Virus record (IMG/VR): IMGVR_UViG_3300010338_000575
Source of the DNA: a virus
Lineage: Duplodnaviria > Caudoviricetes
Length of the DNA stretch: 64,000 bases
Direction: 5' to 3' (one strand)
Below are positions 60,759 to 64,000 of the stretch, piece by piece. Every line of letters begins with the position of its first letter. Position 1 is the first letter of the stretch. Position numbers and translations under genes: made by a program. Below the pieces are notes generated by a model that worked only from the letters and a program-made list of their open reading frames with translations, made no database searches and was not told where the DNA came from.

Positions 60759-62153
60759 ATGGATAATAGAATAAGAGTGTTGTTTTATAATACGGATGGT
60801 GCTGGTGTTAATTATTTTAGAACATTAACACCAGCAATTGAATTGGATAAAAATCATAGTAATGAATTTTATACTGAAATTAATCCACAATTAAATTTTG
60901 ACGATCCTAATATAATTAATTATTTAAAATCATTTGACATAATACATTATCATAGACAATTAGTACCCGATTTAAATAAGATGAAATCAATTGCTGATGA
61001 ATTGAAAAAAAATGGGACTATTTTAGTTTGTGATATTGATGATTATTGGCATTTACACCCCAAACACCCATTATATGGTTTAAATATTGAAAAAAAATTA
61101 TACGTTATTGTTCTTGAAAATTTAAAAATTGCTGATTATATTACGACTACAACCGAATTATTTGCAGATGAAATTCGTAAAGTAACTGGTAAAAATAATG
61201 TTATTGTTTTGGAAAATTCAATTGACCCAACATGGATGAAACAATTCCAAAATAATTGGAAGCCCGATCCTGATGGTTTGGTTAGAATTACATATATGGC
61301 AGGTTCATCACATTATGTTGATTTGGAACAGTTAGAAGGTGTTGTTAATGTATTGTGGAATAATCCAGAATTAAAGGGTAAATTTAAAATTATTGTTGCT
61401 GGTTGGGATACACAAGGTGTTACAACGGAAATTACATTAAATCAGGATTTTTTGAGTGATTTACAAAAACGTGGTTTATGGACACAAGAAATGATTAATG
61501 AAATTAATCGAAGCAAGGGGGATGTTAATAAAATTAAAAATTTACCAAATGATTTGAAAAATAAATATAATAACAATATCTTTCTTATAAAAGAAAGAAA
61601 TATAAAATCGGAAGAAAGTGTATATTATTTTTATGAAAAAATATTAACCGATAATCATAGAATTATTGAAAATGAAGATTATAAAAGATGGTTGTTGAAT
61701 TTTGAAAGAAATGTTAAATATCCCAATGAGGGTAATTATGCTAGAAGATGGACACAAAAAGCCAATATTTATGCACAAGTATTGGATGAAACGGATATTG
61801 TTATTGCACCGCTTGCCGATAATCAATTTAATAGAATGAAATCAAATTTAAAACAGGTTGAATGTTGGTCAAGAAAATTACCTATTGTATGTTCTGATAT
61901 ACCACCATATAATGTTGATGGTCGACATATGGAAAATTGTGTATTAATACCCGCAGAAAAAAATGCACATAAATATTGGCAAAAATATCTAAAGAGGTTA
62001 ATATTAGATGCTGATTTACGTAAAAAATTGGGCGAGCAATTATATGAAGATTTTAAAGAAAAATATCATTTAGCAAATGTTACAAAGAAACGTGCTGATT
62101 TTTATAGTAATATAGTTTTGAAAAGAAAATTGAACAATAATAACAATAATTAA
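60759..62153 (+). CDS. GT-B (GT4-like) glycosyltransferase
   Basis: DIDDYW, GSSH..DL, DI.IAPL..FN..KSNLK.VE and SDIPPY motifs. Confidence 0.8.
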   Translation: MDNRIRVLFYNTDGAGVNYFRTLTPAIELDKNHSNEFYTEINPQLNFDDPNIINYLKSFDIIHYHRQLVPDLNKMKSIADELKKNGTILVCDIDDYWHLHPKHPLYGLNIEKKLYVIVLENLKIADYITTTTELFADEIRKVTGKNNVIVLENSIDPTWMKQFQNNWKPDPDGLVRITYMAGSSHYVDLEQLEGVVNVLWNNPELKGKFKIIVAGWDTQGVTTEITLNQDFLSDLQKRGLWTQEMINEINRSKGDVNKIKNLPNDLKNKYNNNIFLIKERNIKSEESVYYFYEKILTDNHRIIENEDYKRWLLNFERNVKYPNEGNYARRWTQKANIYAQVLDETDIVIAPLADNQFNRMKSNLKQVECWSRKLPIVCSDIPPYNVDGRHMENCVLIPAEKNAHKYWQKYLKRLILDADLRKKLGEQLYEDFKEKYHLANVTKKRADFYSNIVLKRKLNNNNNN

Positions 62154-62165
62154 TATCAATAATGT

Positions 62166-63095
62166 ATGATAAATTTTTTTAAAAAAATCGCATTTTGGGT
62201 ATATGTTAAAATACATGGGATATTAATTAATATAAGTATTGCATTACATAATACTGAAGTCGATATATTAAAAGCCGATCCCAATATTTATGATGAAAAG
62301 GATAAAAAAATACAGAGAAAAAGGCATAGAAATGAAATTCTTGAAAAATTTTATGCTGGTCAAACTGATGAAAAGTATATTCAAGAATATTACGAAATTT
62401 TAAAAAAAGCAGATAATTTTATTAAAAATTCAACATATAGAAAAATTGCGATGACTGCTGATAAACATATTAGATATGATGGTGTTGAAAACTATGATGA
62501 TAGTTCTAATGTTGTTAAAGATAAATATGGTAGACGTGTTGCACATTATGGTTTTTTTGATGAAAAACACAAATATTATGGTAAAACACTTGCTGAAGTG
62601 ATTGAAATTGAAAAAAAGGAAAGACGAACAAATGATGATGATTTTGAATTAATTTATATCTTTAATAATAAGCCATATGAATTAGGTATTGTTGATGTTT
62701 TTGATGTTGTTAATGAACAAAAAAACGATATGATGGTTGATGTTAAAAAAATATCAAAAAAATTTAAATTTCCAATTAAAATTTATCGTGATAATGATAA
62801 TATAATTAATAAAATTGAAGAAATTACTGAATATTTGCACGTAAAAAGAATTGGTTTTGAATTTAGACAATTAGAGTTTTTTATTCCATTGCATTTTAAA
62901 ATAGATGAAGTTGAAAATGATTCTGAAATTTTTAAAGAATTAACAAACATAAAAAGTGTGTTTGTTAACGATGATTATGGTAATCTTATTGGTTTTACCG
63001 TAAATAAATTCGTAAAGAGAATAAATTATAATAACACCCATGAAGTTTGGAAATTTGAAGGTGTTGAAATGGATGTTATAAAAACAAAATTATAA
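62166..63095 (+). CDS. Hypothetical protein
   Basis: 309-aa ORF with a hydrophobic N-terminus. Confidence 0.55.
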   Translation: MINFFKKIAFWVYVKIHGILINISIALHNTEVDILKADPNIYDEKDKKIQRKRHRNEILEKFYAGQTDEKYIQEYYEILKKADNFIKNSTYRKIAMTADKHIRYDGVENYDDSSNVVKDKYGRRVAHYGFFDEKHKYYGKTLAEVIEIEKKERRTNDDDFELIYIFNNKPYELGIVDVFDVVNEQKNDMMVDVKKISKKFKFPIKIYRDNDNIINKIEEITEYLHVKRIGFEFRQLEFFIPLHFKIDEVENDSEIFKELTNIKSVFVNDDYGNLIGFTVNKFVKRINYNNTHEVWKFEGVEMDVIKTKL

Positions 63096-63121
63096 TAATA
63101 TTAATAATAATTATAATAATT

Positions 63122-63547
63122 ATGAGTAGAATTGTAAAAGCATCGGATGAATTAATTAATTTGTTTAATTCAGTTAGAAAAAAAACAACAATACCTGTTT
63201 GGGTTCAGTTTGAACTTCTTTCAAATAATAAACAAAAAACATTATATAAAATAATGAAAACAAATAATGTCGTCGAAGTGATGACTAATGGTGTCAATTT
63301 TGCAATCATTTTCAATGAATTAATATTTAATGAATTGCCTGATGATATGAAAGTTATTGCTATTGATGAATGTCTTGCGGGTATTTATGTGAATAATTAT
63401 GATAATATTTATTTAGAAAAACCAAATTTCAATACATATATATCAATATTACAAAAATATGGTCATGATTCAATAATAAGATTACATGAATCAATAAAAA
63501 GTTTATATGATGTGAAGAAACAAAATGATGATAATAATGGCGTGTAA
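63122..63547 (+). CDS. Hypothetical protein (degenerate phage metallopeptidase-like)
   Basis: IIFNE.IF.EL...AIDECL..I pattern without HExxH histidines. Confidence 0.4.
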   Translation: MSRIVKASDELINLFNSVRKKTTIPVWVQFELLSNNKQKTLYKIMKTNNVVEVMTNGVNFAIIFNELIFNELPDDMKVIAIDECLAGIYVNNYDNIYLEKPNFNTYISILQKYGHDSIIRLHESIKSLYDVKKQNDDNNGV

Positions 63548-63565
63548 ATAAAAATTGTGTTTTTT

Positions 63566-63595
63566 TAAAACCCAACATAAATTGTTGGGTTTTTT
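63566..63595 (+). terminator. Intrinsic terminator
   Basis: AAAACCCAACA-TAAAT-TGTTGGGTTTTTT. Confidence 0.8.
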
Positions 63596-63628
63596 CTTTA
63601 TTAGTATTTATAAAAAAAATAAAATGAA

Positions 63629-64000
63629 ATGGGTATTAATTCAATAAACATATCATATCCAATTAATGATGATAATCAAAAAGGTGGTTTTGTTAATACA
63701 ACAAAAACGACAAAAGATGCAATTGTTTCAAATTTATTATTACTTTTATTAACAATAAAAGGTGAAAGGTATTATGATCCCGAATATGGGACTAATTTAA
63801 TTAAATCAATTTTTGACCCTAATGATAGTACAACAGAAGGTGAAATTGAATTGGAAATAAAAAATACTGTTCCAAAATATATTTCTAACATTAGAATAAA
63901 TAGTGTTAGTTTTTTAAGAGATAAAGATAATGAGGGTTATGATATTGATGATAATCAATTAATTGTTAACGTTACTTTTACATATGAAGAAGGTACAATT
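63629..64000 (+). CDS. gp25-like baseplate wedge protein (3' partial)
   Basis: NLLLLLLTIKGERYYDPEYGTNL..IFDP; frame open to the window end; preceded by GTATTTAT at 63604. Confidence 0.85.
   Translation, partial: MGINSINISYPINDDNQKGGFVNTTKTTKDAIVSNLLLLLLTIKGERYYDPEYGTNLIKSIFDPNDSTTEGEIELEIKNTVPKYISNIRINSVSFLRDKDNEGYDIDDNQLIVNVTFTYEEGTI

Noticed and set aside
979-61826. Numerous short minus-strand ORFs and nested plus-strand ORFs (for example 23425, 34697, 53303, 53605)
   Set aside because: They overlap well-supported plus-strand genes and have no recognisable motifs; shadow ORFs.
62130-62153. AAC/AAT microsatellite giving poly-Asn
   Set aside because: Short low-complexity tail expected in very AT-rich DNA.
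1-64000. Genome-wide stop-codon reassignment (TAG to Gln) as in some huge gut phages
   Set aside because: Long genes are intact in the standard code and most TAG stops fall at sensible gene ends; only isolated in-frame stops occur.

Overview
This very AT-rich, 64-kb window has essentially all genes on the + strand. It most plausibly comes from a jumbo or huge tailed phage with a contractile tail that infects a Bacteroidota host (TAnnTTTG host-type promoters, no Shine-Dalgarno sites). It carries baseplate genes at both ends; a glycosyltransferase plus ADP-heptose biosynthesis cluster; T4-like replication and recombination genes (SSB, RecA/UvsX, 5'-3' exonuclease, DnaB-like helicase, family B polymerase, SNF2 helicase with a class 3 intein); an initiator-like tRNA-Met; a fibre cluster; and a block of conflict effectors (Nudix, WYL-like/GNAT, triple kinase, CCA-type nucleotidyltransferase, ArdC-like, 2H, HAD). 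The most striking locus (about 12160-12800) is a decayed C-terminal remnant of a TnpB/Cas12f nuclease, followed by a promoter-driven structured RNA with a split anti-repeat, and a perfect 4-repeat CRISPR mini-array whose 36-nt repeat resembles Cas13b (type VI-B) repeats. All functional calls come from motif recognition by eye; no searches were run.
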